Below are positions 54,971 through 64,000 of a stretch of DNA of 64,000 bases, piece after piece. Positions within the stretch are counted from its first letter, which is position 1, and each line of letters starts with the position of its first letter. Made by a program: the position numbers and the translations under genes. The notes below the pieces were generated by a model that did not search any database, was not told where the DNA came from, and was given only the letters and a program-made list of their open reading frames with translations. The stretch lies in the sequence record NC_070950.1; one strand, 5' to 3'.

Positions 54971-56203
54971 CTAAACTAGAGCATGGATTTTGAACACAAA
55001 GCCAGTCACAAGGTCATCGCTAAAGTAACGGTTACGGAAAGCATGATAGAGATCCCCCCCGTTATCGACGCCCGTGAGGCCATTAACGTAATCCGGGGTT
55101 AACCGGATATCGGTACTCCACAGCATTTGGTTACCGCCTCTTTTAGAAATATAAGAGGGGAACAGGCCGTTGCTCAACATAAGAGGATGAGCGTAGGTGT
55201 CGTTAACCAAGAAGACTGTAGGGTAGCGATAGGTGATCAGTGGGGTTATCGTAATCCCGAAGTCTGGATTATCAAACACCACAAAGAAACTATTTTGATT
55301 TAAAAGAAGCGCTTTAAACGTTTCCGCAGTATAAAGCTTATCTTTAGCAATGACTTTACGTTCCTTAGGATAAAGGTTACTTAAGTCAACGTAATTAAGA
55401 GATTCGAAAATTCGCTCGGGCCATTTATAATGACGGTAGTCGATACGTAGTCTTTTCTCACCCGTTCTTGTAACCAGGGGAGAACCTGTGACTAATCTTC
55501 CAGCGATAACTAACCAAACCTTCTTATCTTTGATAGGAACGTCTAGTTCGACTTCTAAACCAGTGAATCCATCTTCGTCAATGAACTTTATCATGTCTTC
55601 GGTAAATGGACGTGTCTCTAAAGCAGACACTTTGGAGAAGTCATAGATATCAACGTGACTACTATCATTAATGCGGTAATTCTTCCCACCGTTTAAAAGA
55701 TAGATCCCGTCGTCTCTACTTATTCCTCTAATGAAATGCCCGTTGAGATTAAAAAGACATTTCGTGATAAGGTCGTCATATTTGCGCGTTGTTACGATAG
55801 TAGTTAGTAACAGATCCGGGGCTTCACTAACACTAACCAGCGCTTGACGGTCAGCAGACAACAGATGATTAGCAGGAGCGATACGATAGCCGCTTAATTG
55901 AGCGTCACCACGTTGAACATAAACCAACTTCTCTCCCGGGAGTTCCGAAGAGAGAGTAAGCGGATCATTCTCTTTTGTCAACAGCCAGGCTTCAATGGTC
56001 CCATCGAAAGTTTGAAACTCATATTGATAATCGAAGGCGTTTAAACAAAGCTGTTTACCCACTAGTTCGTCGAGAATAACTATTCGTAATTTACTGTAGG
56101 TTTTAAAGTACTGGTTGGTCTTTAAAGTGCTTAAATCTACAACGGCTTCTCCAGCGTGCCCTGTGAGAGCAACACCTACGGCTCGTACATACTGATAAGA
56201 CAT
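54971..56203 (-). CDS. virion structural protein candidate (phiKZ gp130-like position), 410 aa
   Basis: Start reassigned to the ATG at 56203 (GAGG SD); divergent from the tail fibre genes. Confidence 0.55.
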   Translation of the reverse strand: MSYQYVRAVGVALTGHAGEAVVDLSTLKTNQYFKTYSKLRIVILDELVGKQLCLNAFDYQYEFQTFDGTIEAWLLTKENDPLTLSSELPGEKLVYVQRGDAQLSGYRIAPANHLLSADRQALVSVSEAPDLLLTTIVTTRKYDDLITKCLFNLNGHFIRGISRDDGIYLLNGGKNYRINDSSHVDIYDFSKVSALETRPFTEDMIKFIDEDGFTGLEVELDVPIKDKKVWLVIAGRLVTGSPLVTRTGEKRLRIDYRHYKWPERIFESLNYVDLSNLYPKERKVIAKDKLYTAETFKALLLNQNSFFVVFDNPDFGITITPLITYRYPTVFLVNDTYAHPLMLSNGLFPSYISKRGGNQMLWSTDIRLTPDYVNGLTGVDNGGDLYHAFRNRYFSDDLVTGFVFKIHALV

Positions 56204-56304
56204 AGCGCCCTCTTCCGGAATTCTATGGTTCATTATTTAAATTCATTCATAGGATCGGGCCGCTTAGCGTGGCGAGGTCTTCTAACCGCCAAACAGGATT
56301 CGAT

Positions 56305-59076
56305 ATGTCAGAATATTTATATCCTTGGAATCCCTTCCAAGATGATGATGACGCCCGTATCACTGGAGAGCTCGCGAGTGTACCCGGGGGAACCCGTGTG
56401 CTGGTCGTTCCTAGAGCCGCTCCTTTCTTTTCCGAAAACTTAACTATTGTCAATTCGGATACTAATGCCCCGTTGGTATTAGGTGAAGACTACGTCTTCA
56501 GTTATCCGTTTATGGATTTTATCAAGAATTATTCCAAAAACGTTTATGGTGGGATAATTCTTCTCAAAGCAACCACTGCTTTGAACATTTCAATAAGTTA
56601 TGACACCATCGGCGGGCCGTTCGTTTTAGATGACGTTGCGTACGCTGAAGCTGTGGCCAATATCATCTCATCCGGGAGATTGGCAGATTGGAGTCAGGTC
56701 GTTAATCTCCCTTCTGGTTTCCCAGCCGATCCCCACGACCATCCAGAAAGTCAGACTTATAACTACAACGAGTTCATGGCTAACCTCACTCTGATGATTG
56801 AGGCGATGAACAATGAAACGAATAACCCAACTGTCCAGACACAGCTGACACAGCACAGTGCCGATAACTTAAGAATCGCGCATCCCAACGGCGAGCCAGA
56901 GGATGTGGGATTAAGCAATCTTCACGATTACCCGGTGGCTCAAGAAAGTGATTTCGACGGTAATTCCAACCAGTTATATATGGTTCTTGGTATTACGAAG
57001 AAACTCATCGATAAAATGTTAGCCGAGTTCTTGAACGGATCGTTACCCGCTGACTTCGAAGAAACGGTTCAAGAAATCTACGATCAAATGAACTCTTACC
57101 TGCAGCAAACGGCTACGCTCGCTGGGCAAGTTGATAACAAGCTGTCGAACACCATCAACGGTTTGGAAACCTTCGATAATGGCGCGACACTGAAGTCAAC
57201 CAAGGATATGTTATTCCATACCCCAACTAACAGCTGGTACTATTGGGGTGGGACTTATCCTACTGGCGGTTACGTTGTCAGCGGCGGGGCTTCCCCTTAC
57301 GATGCTTCAGGTAATCTGATAGCCGGTTGGAAAGTGGCTGGTGCAGTTGAGCTTGAAACCAGACTCTCTTCGAAAACCATCGGCCTGGGTGGGGATATCG
57401 TAGGTTACACGGCAGTGGCTGGAGCAATAGCCCGTACTGTGAATGACCGACTCCGGGATACGATTAGTGTAAGGGACTATTATCAAAGTAGTGATAATGG
57501 TAACTGGGCCTTGGCTTATAACCGAGCTAAAGCGGTCAACCCTAAAGTTTGGTTCCCGAGATCCGATTCTGCGTACATCGTTACTTCAACGTTGGCTCTG
57601 TCCGCTGGAGGTGGGATATACTCAAACGGCGCAACTATAAGCTCTCCTCCTGCGGCTGACGCCACGGGTACAGCACTGATAAAGGTTATTTCGGCGACAA
57701 GTGTTTCCGACATCGAGCTAAGTGGGATAACTATCGATGGTGGGGTTAACGAAACACTGACGTCTAAAAACTACACTCGGCCTGTTCAGATGACCGGATG
57801 CACCAATATTCGGTTTAGGAACGTCAGGATCGTAAACAATCCGGATTGGAGTTTTTCACTAGAATCGTGTAAACAGATCATTATTGACAATTACTATCAA
57901 CGTTCTTTCGTCTATGCCAACAGTGCGACGACTACATCGTTAGCTGGCGGTCGAGACGGCGGTCACCTGATGGACTGTGTCGACGCAACATTAACGAATC
58001 TGGATATCGAGTCTGGTGACGATTGCATTGGGATCACATCTAAACTTTCCGGCTGTGCCAACATCACAGTGAGAGGGCTTAAAGGAAGCTCGGTTATCGC
58101 CAGCCTCCTCATTTATAACGAAGAACAGGACGCTTCACTGAATTATTATTCGCAACCTTGTTCTCGTTTAAAATTCTCCGAGATCCATGTAAAAGATGGA
58201 GCTAACTGTCGCAACATCGTTCGAGTTAAGAAATACGGTTCTACTTCTGTCATTAACGATGTCTCAATAACGGGAGTGAGTGGGAAAGCCAATAACAGCT
58301 ACGGTGTATGGGTGGGTGGTGTTAATAACGTTTACCTCAACGATATTAACGTCGAATCAACCCAGGTTCATGGGGCGTATATTGAGAACTGTTCAAGAGT
58401 GAGAGGCAACGTAAAAGCGAAAGCCAATGTTTCCACTTACCACGGCGTTATCGTATACAACTCCAACAACTGTGACCTGATACTGGATTCCGATCAATCA
58501 GCCGGGTATGGTATCTATCTCGATACTGTGAGCTATTCCGTCATCAAACCGTATTCCTATAACTGCGGGGCTGGTTTGTTCTCTACCTCGGCAGGTGGCG
58601 GATGTAGGATGGTGAACTGTACCAACGTGAACATGCCGGAAGGTAATCTCTACGGTACAACCACAGTATCCTATTATGGTTTGAACTACTCCACTGGCAA
58701 CACCGGATGTACGTTTGGTCTGGATCTGATGTTCTACGGCCTGGTTCCGTCTACCCGTCTCCCTACGGCGTATTACCTTAAAACCCCAGCGGTCAGTCTT
58801 AAGTTTAAGGAAGATTCTGCGGGAACGTTGTCGGTTTATTCCAACATCGGGTGTACGTTAACCAGAAACGCGGCGGGTAACTACACGGTTGCTTTTTCAA
58901 GTAACATGAACTCAACTGGGTTCCAATGGGTTCTAGAAGCCTATCACAACGGCGCACGTAGGACGGTTCAATTGTCCTCAGCGGTGACTGTCGGTGGATT
59001 TAGTTTCTTAACTCAGGACGCAGCGGGAACAACGACTTACGCCGATCACGTCAGTCTGGTCGCCTGGAACACTTAA
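56305..59076 (+). CDS. tailspike / depolymerase (baseplate-anchor N-terminus, tailspike head domain, GH28/pectate-lyase-like beta-helix), 923 aa
   Basis: Start ATG 56305 (AGGA SD); DPHDHP anchor; TFDNGATL...WYYWGG tailspike N-domain; ARTVNDRLRDTISVRDY; RDG...SGDDC...RVK motifs. Confidence 0.75.
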   Translation: MSEYLYPWNPFQDDDDARITGELASVPGGTRVLVVPRAAPFFSENLTIVNSDTNAPLVLGEDYVFSYPFMDFIKNYSKNVYGGIILLKATTALNISISYDTIGGPFVLDDVAYAEAVANIISSGRLADWSQVVNLPSGFPADPHDHPESQTYNYNEFMANLTLMIEAMNNETNNPTVQTQLTQHSADNLRIAHPNGEPEDVGLSNLHDYPVAQESDFDGNSNQLYMVLGITKKLIDKMLAEFLNGSLPADFEETVQEIYDQMNSYLQQTATLAGQVDNKLSNTINGLETFDNGATLKSTKDMLFHTPTNSWYYWGGTYPTGGYVVSGGASPYDASGNLIAGWKVAGAVELETRLSSKTIGLGGDIVGYTAVAGAIARTVNDRLRDTISVRDYYQSSDNGNWALAYNRAKAVNPKVWFPRSDSAYIVTSTLALSAGGGIYSNGATISSPPAADATGTALIKVISATSVSDIELSGITIDGGVNETLTSKNYTRPVQMTGCTNIRFRNVRIVNNPDWSFSLESCKQIIIDNYYQRSFVYANSATTTSLAGGRDGGHLMDCVDATLTNLDIESGDDCIGITSKLSGCANITVRGLKGSSVIASLLIYNEEQDASLNYYSQPCSRLKFSEIHVKDGANCRNIVRVKKYGSTSVINDVSITGVSGKANNSYGVWVGGVNNVYLNDINVESTQVHGAYIENCSRVRGNVKAKANVSTYHGVIVYNSNNCDLILDSDQSAGYGIYLDTVSYSVIKPYSYNCGAGLFSTSAGGGCRMVNCTNVNMPEGNLYGTTTVSYYGLNYSTGNTGCTFGLDLMFYGLVPSTRLPTAYYLKTPAVSLKFKEDSAGTLSVYSNIGCTLTRNAAGNYTVAFSSNMNSTGFQWVLEAYHNGARRTVQLSSAVTVGGFSFLTQDAAGTTTYADHVSLVAWNT

Positions 59077-59085
59077 GGAAAAAAT

Positions 59086-59340
59086 ATGCCTGTTACAGCA
59101 GTACTTGCCGCCACTGTTAATCTCACTACTCTGAAAGATAAGAGTTTGGAAAATGAGGTTCTCCAAACCATTAAAGAAAGAATGGCTTACGAGAAACCAG
59201 ACATTGAACTGACCTTATCTAAAGATGACAGTGTTGTTAACAGTTACACCTTTGTTAGTGGCGACGCTCTAACCGTTTCCGATGATTTCAGTTTTGTTTT
59301 TAACGGGATCGTCGCGGACGTAATCAGCAACGTTAACTGA
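59086..59340 (+). CDS. small protein after tailspike (84 aa), possible chaperone
   Basis: AAGGA SD 6 nt upstream; followed by terminator. Confidence 0.6.
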   Translation: MPVTAVLAATVNLTTLKDKSLENEVLQTIKERMAYEKPDIELTLSKDDSVVNSYTFVSGDALTVSDDFSFVFNGIVADVISNVN

Positions 59341-59351
59341 GTAACCTAATA

Positions 59352-59383
59352 AGGTAGGGGAGGGCGTCAGCCCTCCCCTACCT
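59352..59383 (+). terminator. terminator hairpin
   Basis: 14-bp perfect stem AGGTAGGGGAGGGC-GTCA-GCCCTCCCCTACCT. Confidence 0.75.
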
Positions 59384-59451
59384 AGTCGATTTTATGATTC
59401 AGGCTTAATATTCGTGGAGTGTGATACTCACTCCATCACGAGGTGAGATCA

Positions 59452-62400
59452 ATGAACTATCCTAATATTCCCGAATACCGTTTGGATATCACGGGGAAGA
59501 ACCCAGAAAACTTGATTCCTTTCGAGCATCTTCAAAGGGAAGATAATGATCGAAAAATGATCGTCGTCCCACGTCACGCTCCCTTCTTTATCGACAGCGT
59601 GATTTTGAGCTTCCCTGACGGCACCCCAATGGTTTACGGAACCCATTATGAATTCTTCAACATCATGGGTGAGCTTTCCAGAAGAACCGGTAAGGCGGTC
59701 GGTTGTTTTATTCGCATTTTGGATAAAACCATAACTCGGTTTAACGCCCGCTATCAAACAGTAGGTTCGGTATCTCTCTTTGATAAGAGTTTCCTGGATC
59801 TCTATAATACCGTCATAGACGATGAGCGAGCTGTTTGGTTCGACGATATCGCCAACAAGCCTATATTGTTTGATCCAGAGCAGCATGGTCATGACGTCAG
59901 GTACGGAGTATACGCATTTAAAGACCTTGCAGATGCTTTCGAGCAGATGGTCGCTAACACCGTAGGTGGGGAAGGTTATCACGCCCCGTACGAAGAATTC
60001 TTTGTTCAGCGTATCAACAACGCCATTAGTTACCTTTCACAAGTACAGAGTCGTTGCATCGCACTCATTAACGAACACGCCAGTAACAAGATCAACGTGC
60101 ATGGGATCGATAATGTTAAAGTGGGATTGGGTAACGTTGATAACATCGGGACTTATACTTCCGATAATTGGGGAGATCCTATCGATGATAAACATCGCAT
60201 AACCCCAGGGTATCTGAAAAAGTTAGCTGAAAACACCACTGTGGATCTCAGTAACTTGGTCCAACCCGGAGTTCTCCCAATTGCACGCTACGGTGAAAAC
60301 TTTTACATCCCTCCGGTCATCGATGGATCTTTTAAAGGTGTCGGGACCCGTCAACCTTGGCGAGTGGCCTGTTTAGAAAGAAACGGTTATTTAGTAGCAA
60401 TAGGTAATTACAAGGATGTCAATACGGACGTTTTGATGTACATGTATAACAAAACCCCGTTTGTTTCCCCGGCCAATTCTGCTAACTGGATAAATACACG
60501 TTACGAATATAAACCCACTCGTGCCGTTGAAGATGACGTTAAACTCACCACAGTTATTAAAGGCGGTGATTACCGTTGGATGATCGTAGGTAACGACCAA
60601 ACCAACAAGTGGTATGTAGTTAACTGCAATTCCACATTCAATCCGGTTAGTCACGTTCTCACGCCAATCAGCAATGTGGACTTTTTCTCCAACATTAGTC
60701 ATATCAGAATGTCCGTTTGCGGAGAGAGTATTTATCTGTTCAAGATCACGGATACTCAAGCTGATGGACGTAAATATGTGACGATGAGGAAGATCGACGT
60801 AAGCTCTGTTGATGTTAACACAGAGAGTGTCGCTCTGACCACACCTTCTCTTATTTACACCGATTCATCTAACGCCAGTAAAACATCCACCACCGGCGTT
60901 TTCGATCCTTTCGTTGTTACCAAAGACGGGTCTAATAAAGTCACTAAAGTGTTGGGTAGCTTTAACCCAGTACTGGACTATATTGAAATGGAAAGGGATA
61001 TTCATATTGAAATGATTCCTGATCCAACTAACCCCACAGTAAGTTATATGCGTTGGTGGACCCCCTGTATGCATCATCTGGGGACTAAGGCAGTAACGAC
61101 GACTTACTCCCCGTCCTGGAAATTGCAGGAGAGTGGTGGGTTTACAACGATGACGTGGACAAAAGGACTGGGGTCCGCTACGATGAACATCACTGCGTGG
61201 GATTTAAATTACGCGCCGTGGATGGGTAATCAAAATACAGCGAATACCGACTTCTTCAAGCAAACCTCATCGTGGTTCCACTCACCGGCAATGGGTAACG
61301 GGTTTACTGGTTCGTCTTCAATACTGTCCAATGATGCAAGATTCTCATGCGCGTCGACTCACTGGAACTTCTTCCCGTTATTGACAGCAACGAGCATGTC
61401 GGACTTCTTTACGTCTAGTGACCCTTCCACATTTACGACTGCCGATCCGGCAATAACAAATATGGATGTTAATGAAGCCGGTGGTTATAACCTGAGAACT
61501 TTACAGTGTGGTATTACCAATACCACCGTGTACGGGTCAGCTCCCGCTTCCAGTTGCCACTCTACTTTACCCTTTACTGAGGCGAATAACTCGATAACAC
61601 ATTATGAACTTATTAAGTCAGAAGTTAATGACGATACCTTTGTTCATACGGCTAAATTGAGAACGGGTGATAGAACAACGGCTTCTGTATACGACGCCAA
61701 CACTTATTACCATATGAGTTACACCAACGACATTTATAAAACCAACATCCCTCCAAGGGGTGTACGTGTTTCTTACGTTGATGAAATGAATACGACTAAT
61801 AAGGGAGAGACGTTCTTCTCAGTGACTGGCGGGACGGTTTATAGTCTTGGTACCGGGCTTCAGGATAATCTGTTAACTCACTCTTTCACTACGACCAGAG
61901 ATTCTTCTACCAGGACGTTGTCGTTTAATCCATCTCTGTATGTTCAAATTACTAATGCTTTGGTTTTGTCTTTAGTAACAGCGAACTTCCCAAATGCAGC
62001 GGCTTACTATCAGAAAGCTTGGACTTTGTTATGGGTGCCAGGGAAAGAGAGTATTATAGCTCCTATGCTGATCGTAGAGTGGATGGGTACGGGTTCTGAT
62101 ACTAATGCTTATATCGGCGTGATGACGTTAAACGTGGTTAAAAACCCAACGCTGGCTGCTAACCAAACTACGACTGTGAATGGTGTAAAAACCTGCGTAA
62201 TGAATGTAGGTGATTTGACAGTAGTCAACAAATATACTGTGACGAACGGAACCTATTCTGGTGATCGTTCTTGGTTTGATGCGATTGGTAACCACTACAT
62301 CAACTCAGGATATTTTACTGTTTATCGCAATGCGTCTGGCGAAGTCTCTTTCTATTGGGGTTCTACCAATTCTAAGAACTACGGAAGCGCGACCAGTTAT

Positions 62401-63066
62401 GGTGTTGCTAAAACGGCGTACCTGTCTGGTAAAATGTCGTCAGCAACCGTCATTTCCGCTATTAACAATTACCCTGGCGGAAGAGATATGTTGGGGTCTG
62501 TCGTCTATGCATTAAAAGGCGTCGGTCTATTACTGATTTCCGATACGATGGCTACCGATATCTTTGTGGGTGGCGGCATTACTCCGGCTAAGCTGGCGGG
62601 TAGTACCTACCAGTCAGTTCTGGATGGATATGCTAACACAGCGCTGTTAGGATCGTTCTACATCGTTGCCGACATCATCCCGGTCAATCAATGGACGTTG
62701 TTCTTCTCAGCGAGTAAGATCGTTTTGAAAGGAACCTATTTCGAACTCCCCGTTGGTACTCTGACATTAACAGATTACTTCACCAATGTTCAAAATAAAA
62801 CGTTCTACTTGTTTTTAAAACTCACTGAAGGTAGTCCTGTGTATGAACTGTCATCAACCATGTTGTCGGAAACTTCGACATGTATGTTGATAGCGACGGT
62901 TACTACTGACGCCTTAAGCATTGTTTCTGTAGATACACAAAAGGTCTTTTCAATGACCGGCTATCGCGTGTCGTCTCAAGCTATCGGTTCGATCATACCT
63001 GGGTCGACCGGGGGGATCAACGAATTGGGCGAGACACCGTGGCTGTCGTCTACCTTGGTTGATTAA
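59452..63066 (+). CDS. large tail/baseplate-associated fibre protein (1204 aa), phiKZ gp131-family-like
   Basis: Start ATG 59452 (GAGGTG SD); N-terminal anchor (VPRHAPFF, PEQHGHD, GLGNVDN) shared with 56305 and 63115; beta-rich body. Confidence 0.7.
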   Translation: MNYPNIPEYRLDITGKNPENLIPFEHLQREDNDRKMIVVPRHAPFFIDSVILSFPDGTPMVYGTHYEFFNIMGELSRRTGKAVGCFIRILDKTITRFNARYQTVGSVSLFDKSFLDLYNTVIDDERAVWFDDIANKPILFDPEQHGHDVRYGVYAFKDLADAFEQMVANTVGGEGYHAPYEEFFVQRINNAISYLSQVQSRCIALINEHASNKINVHGIDNVKVGLGNVDNIGTYTSDNWGDPIDDKHRITPGYLKKLAENTTVDLSNLVQPGVLPIARYGENFYIPPVIDGSFKGVGTRQPWRVACLERNGYLVAIGNYKDVNTDVLMYMYNKTPFVSPANSANWINTRYEYKPTRAVEDDVKLTTVIKGGDYRWMIVGNDQTNKWYVVNCNSTFNPVSHVLTPISNVDFFSNISHIRMSVCGESIYLFKITDTQADGRKYVTMRKIDVSSVDVNTESVALTTPSLIYTDSSNASKTSTTGVFDPFVVTKDGSNKVTKVLGSFNPVLDYIEMERDIHIEMIPDPTNPTVSYMRWWTPCMHHLGTKAVTTTYSPSWKLQESGGFTTMTWTKGLGSATMNITAWDLNYAPWMGNQNTANTDFFKQTSSWFHSPAMGNGFTGSSSILSNDARFSCASTHWNFFPLLTATSMSDFFTSSDPSTFTTADPAITNMDVNEAGGYNLRTLQCGITNTTVYGSAPASSCHSTLPFTEANNSITHYELIKSEVNDDTFVHTAKLRTGDRTTASVYDANTYYHMSYTNDIYKTNIPPRGVRVSYVDEMNTTNKGETFFSVTGGTVYSLGTGLQDNLLTHSFTTTRDSSTRTLSFNPSLYVQITNALVLSLVTANFPNAAAYYQKAWTLLWVPGKESIIAPMLIVEWMGTGSDTNAYIGVMTLNVVKNPTLAANQTTTVNGVKTCVMNVGDLTVVNKYTVTNGTYSGDRSWFDAIGNHYINSGYFTVYRNASGEVSFYWGSTNSKNYGSATSYGVAKTAYLSGKMSSATVISAINNYPGGRDMLGSVVYALKGVGLLLISDTMATDIFVGGGITPAKLAGSTYQSVLDGYANTALLGSFYIVADIIPVNQWTLFFSASKIVLKGTYFELPVGTLTLTDYFTNVQNKTFYLFLKLTEGSPVYELSSTMLSETSTCMLIATVTTDALSIVSVDTQKVFSMTGYRVSSQAIGSIIPGSTGGINELGETPWLSSTLVD

Positions 63067-63071
63067 CCCTT

Positions 63072-63098
63072 TAAAAGGAGGGAGTTTCCCTCCTTTTA
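63072..63098 (+). terminator. terminator hairpin
   Basis: 12-bp stem TAAAAGGAGGGA-GTT-TCCCTCCTTTTA followed by TTTT. Confidence 0.75.
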
Positions 63099-63114
63099 TT
63101 TTCATAGGTGTAAT

Positions 63115-64000
63115 ATGTCTGACTTTAAAATCCTATCTTTCGATCCCAGAGGGGATAACGCAGATAATCTGTTAACCGAGCAGGTGACGTTGGATGACAC
63201 CACCCTCGATTACATTAAACCGGATTACAGTCCATTTTATTCTAACACTGTGGTTATTACTGATAAAGATGGTCAAGTGAGGAATGAAGGGACAGATTAT
63301 GTTCTGGAAGGTTTAGTCGTCCCACTGGTAAAAACTTCCGGTAAGGATGTAAAGGCTTACATCAGAATCGTCAATACAGAACTCTATGCTAAGTCTCCAC
63401 TGAGCATTCGGTATCATTCTTGCGGGATTAACCACTTTCCGAGAGATATGGTTAAGAACACTCCAACCGGGTCAGAAGGTAACAACCTCCCCGTCGATTG
63501 GAATACGCAAGTTTTAGGCAAGCCCGATTCTTATCCTTTTAAACCGCATATTCATAACGTTGAAACTGAAATAGCGGCGTGGACTGATTTGGCCGATGAA
63601 ATAGAAGAAATTTATCAGTACAGAAAAAATCACATCCTCAGCAAATACCAAGAGTTAAAAGGTCTGAGCGATGCAGTTTGGACTGCGACTGATCTCACCG
63701 CCAAGCAGCTCCGCGATAATGTGATGAATCACGATCGTGATCTCGATAACCCTCATGACGTTGATGCGGCTGACGTTTTACTCGGTAACGTAGACAACTT
63801 TGCTACAGCAACCGCCAATGACGAACTCCTGGGCTCGGCTGATAAGTTCTCTACCCCCCTAGGAGCGCAGTCTATACTTAATAATTCATTACAAAGTACG
63901 GACAGTTATCATCACATTGGTCGTCTTCCCCTTTCTTATTACGGAACTGATTTTTATATCCCCCCTCCGATAGAGGGAGACTTTAAAGGGATGTGGACTA
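63115..64000 (+). CDS. tail/baseplate-associated protein paralog, truncated by window end (>295 aa)
   Basis: Absent from the ORF track; translated by hand: AGGTG SD, open to the end, MSDFKILSFDPRG...PHIH...NPHDV...LGNVDNF...YGTDFYIPPPIEGDFKG. Confidence 0.75.
   Translation, partial: MSDFKILSFDPRGDNADNLLTEQVTLDDTTLDYIKPDYSPFYSNTVVITDKDGQVRNEGTDYVLEGLVVPLVKTSGKDVKAYIRIVNTELYAKSPLSIRYHSCGINHFPRDMVKNTPTGSEGNNLPVDWNTQVLGKPDSYPFKPHIHNVETEIAAWTDLADEIEEIYQYRKNHILSKYQELKGLSDAVWTATDLTAKQLRDNVMNHDRDLDNPHDVDAADVLLGNVDNFATATANDELLGSADKFSTPLGAQSILNNSLQSTDSYHHIGRLPLSYYGTDFYIPPPIEGDFKGMWT

Noticed and set aside
59414-59436. Small hairpin GTGGAGTG...CACTCCAT in the leader of the 1204-aa gene as a riboswitch
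   Set aside because: Short stem ending before the GAGGTG SD, no aptamer-like features; at most a stabilising leader hairpin
2803-59451. Longest-ORF starts at 2803, 5545, 18608, 21196, 24853, 33416, 53623, 56233, 56269 and 59443
   Set aside because: A downstream ATG with a better SD or stop-start coupling exists in each case, and the extensions overlap neighbours, hairpins or promoter motifs
3301-63098. Repeated palindromes as a CRISPR array or MITE/IS ends
   Set aside because: Single copies kilobases apart at gene ends, no regular spacers, no target-site duplications, no cas or transposase gene
1-64000. tRNA or rRNA genes
   Set aside because: Intergenic gaps are short and none shows a cloverleaf with a GTTCRA T-loop; tRNAscan-SE would confirm
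1-64000. Nuclear shell protein (chimallin), PhuZ tubulin, terminase, sheath, tape measure, prohead protease
   Set aside because: No ORF shows recognisable signatures; expected elsewhere in the genome, so nucleus formation is only inferred

Overview
A 64-kb, gene-dense segment of a phiKZ-related jumbo myophage (Chimalliviridae-like), covering the conserved core and structural region. The host is inferred to be Gram-negative because a spanin pair is present. About 57 CDSs can be supported; no tRNA, rRNA, CRISPR array, integrase, transposase, intein or intron was seen. Recognisable genes are an SF2 helicase, two split multisubunit RNA polymerase fragments (a virion-type beta-prime middle piece and a non-virion-type beta N-terminal piece), one half of a split family-B DNA polymerase, a DnaB helicase, the major capsid protein, a probable portal, a long run of internal head proteins, baseplate and neck candidates, a RuvC-like resolvase, a holin-like gene with an overlapping spanin pair, and three paralogous tail proteins, one with a GH28-like depolymerase domain. 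phiKZ gene equivalences come from recalled motifs and synteny, not a database search. The most notable unexplained signals are: (1) three paralogous glycine-zipper membrane proteins behind an early-type promoter; (2) a T-TTT-TTT slippery site that could fuse a Zn-finger protein to the next ORF by a -1 frameshift; (3) an M48-like HExxH metallopeptidase leading the head operon; (4) a G-x-E maturation motif followed by an amphipathic helix across many head proteins; (5) a family of CTCCTACCC palindromes, two of which bound a possibly inverted gene block; (6) a shared promoter motif upstream of three transcription units; and (7) a secreted protein inserted in the core.
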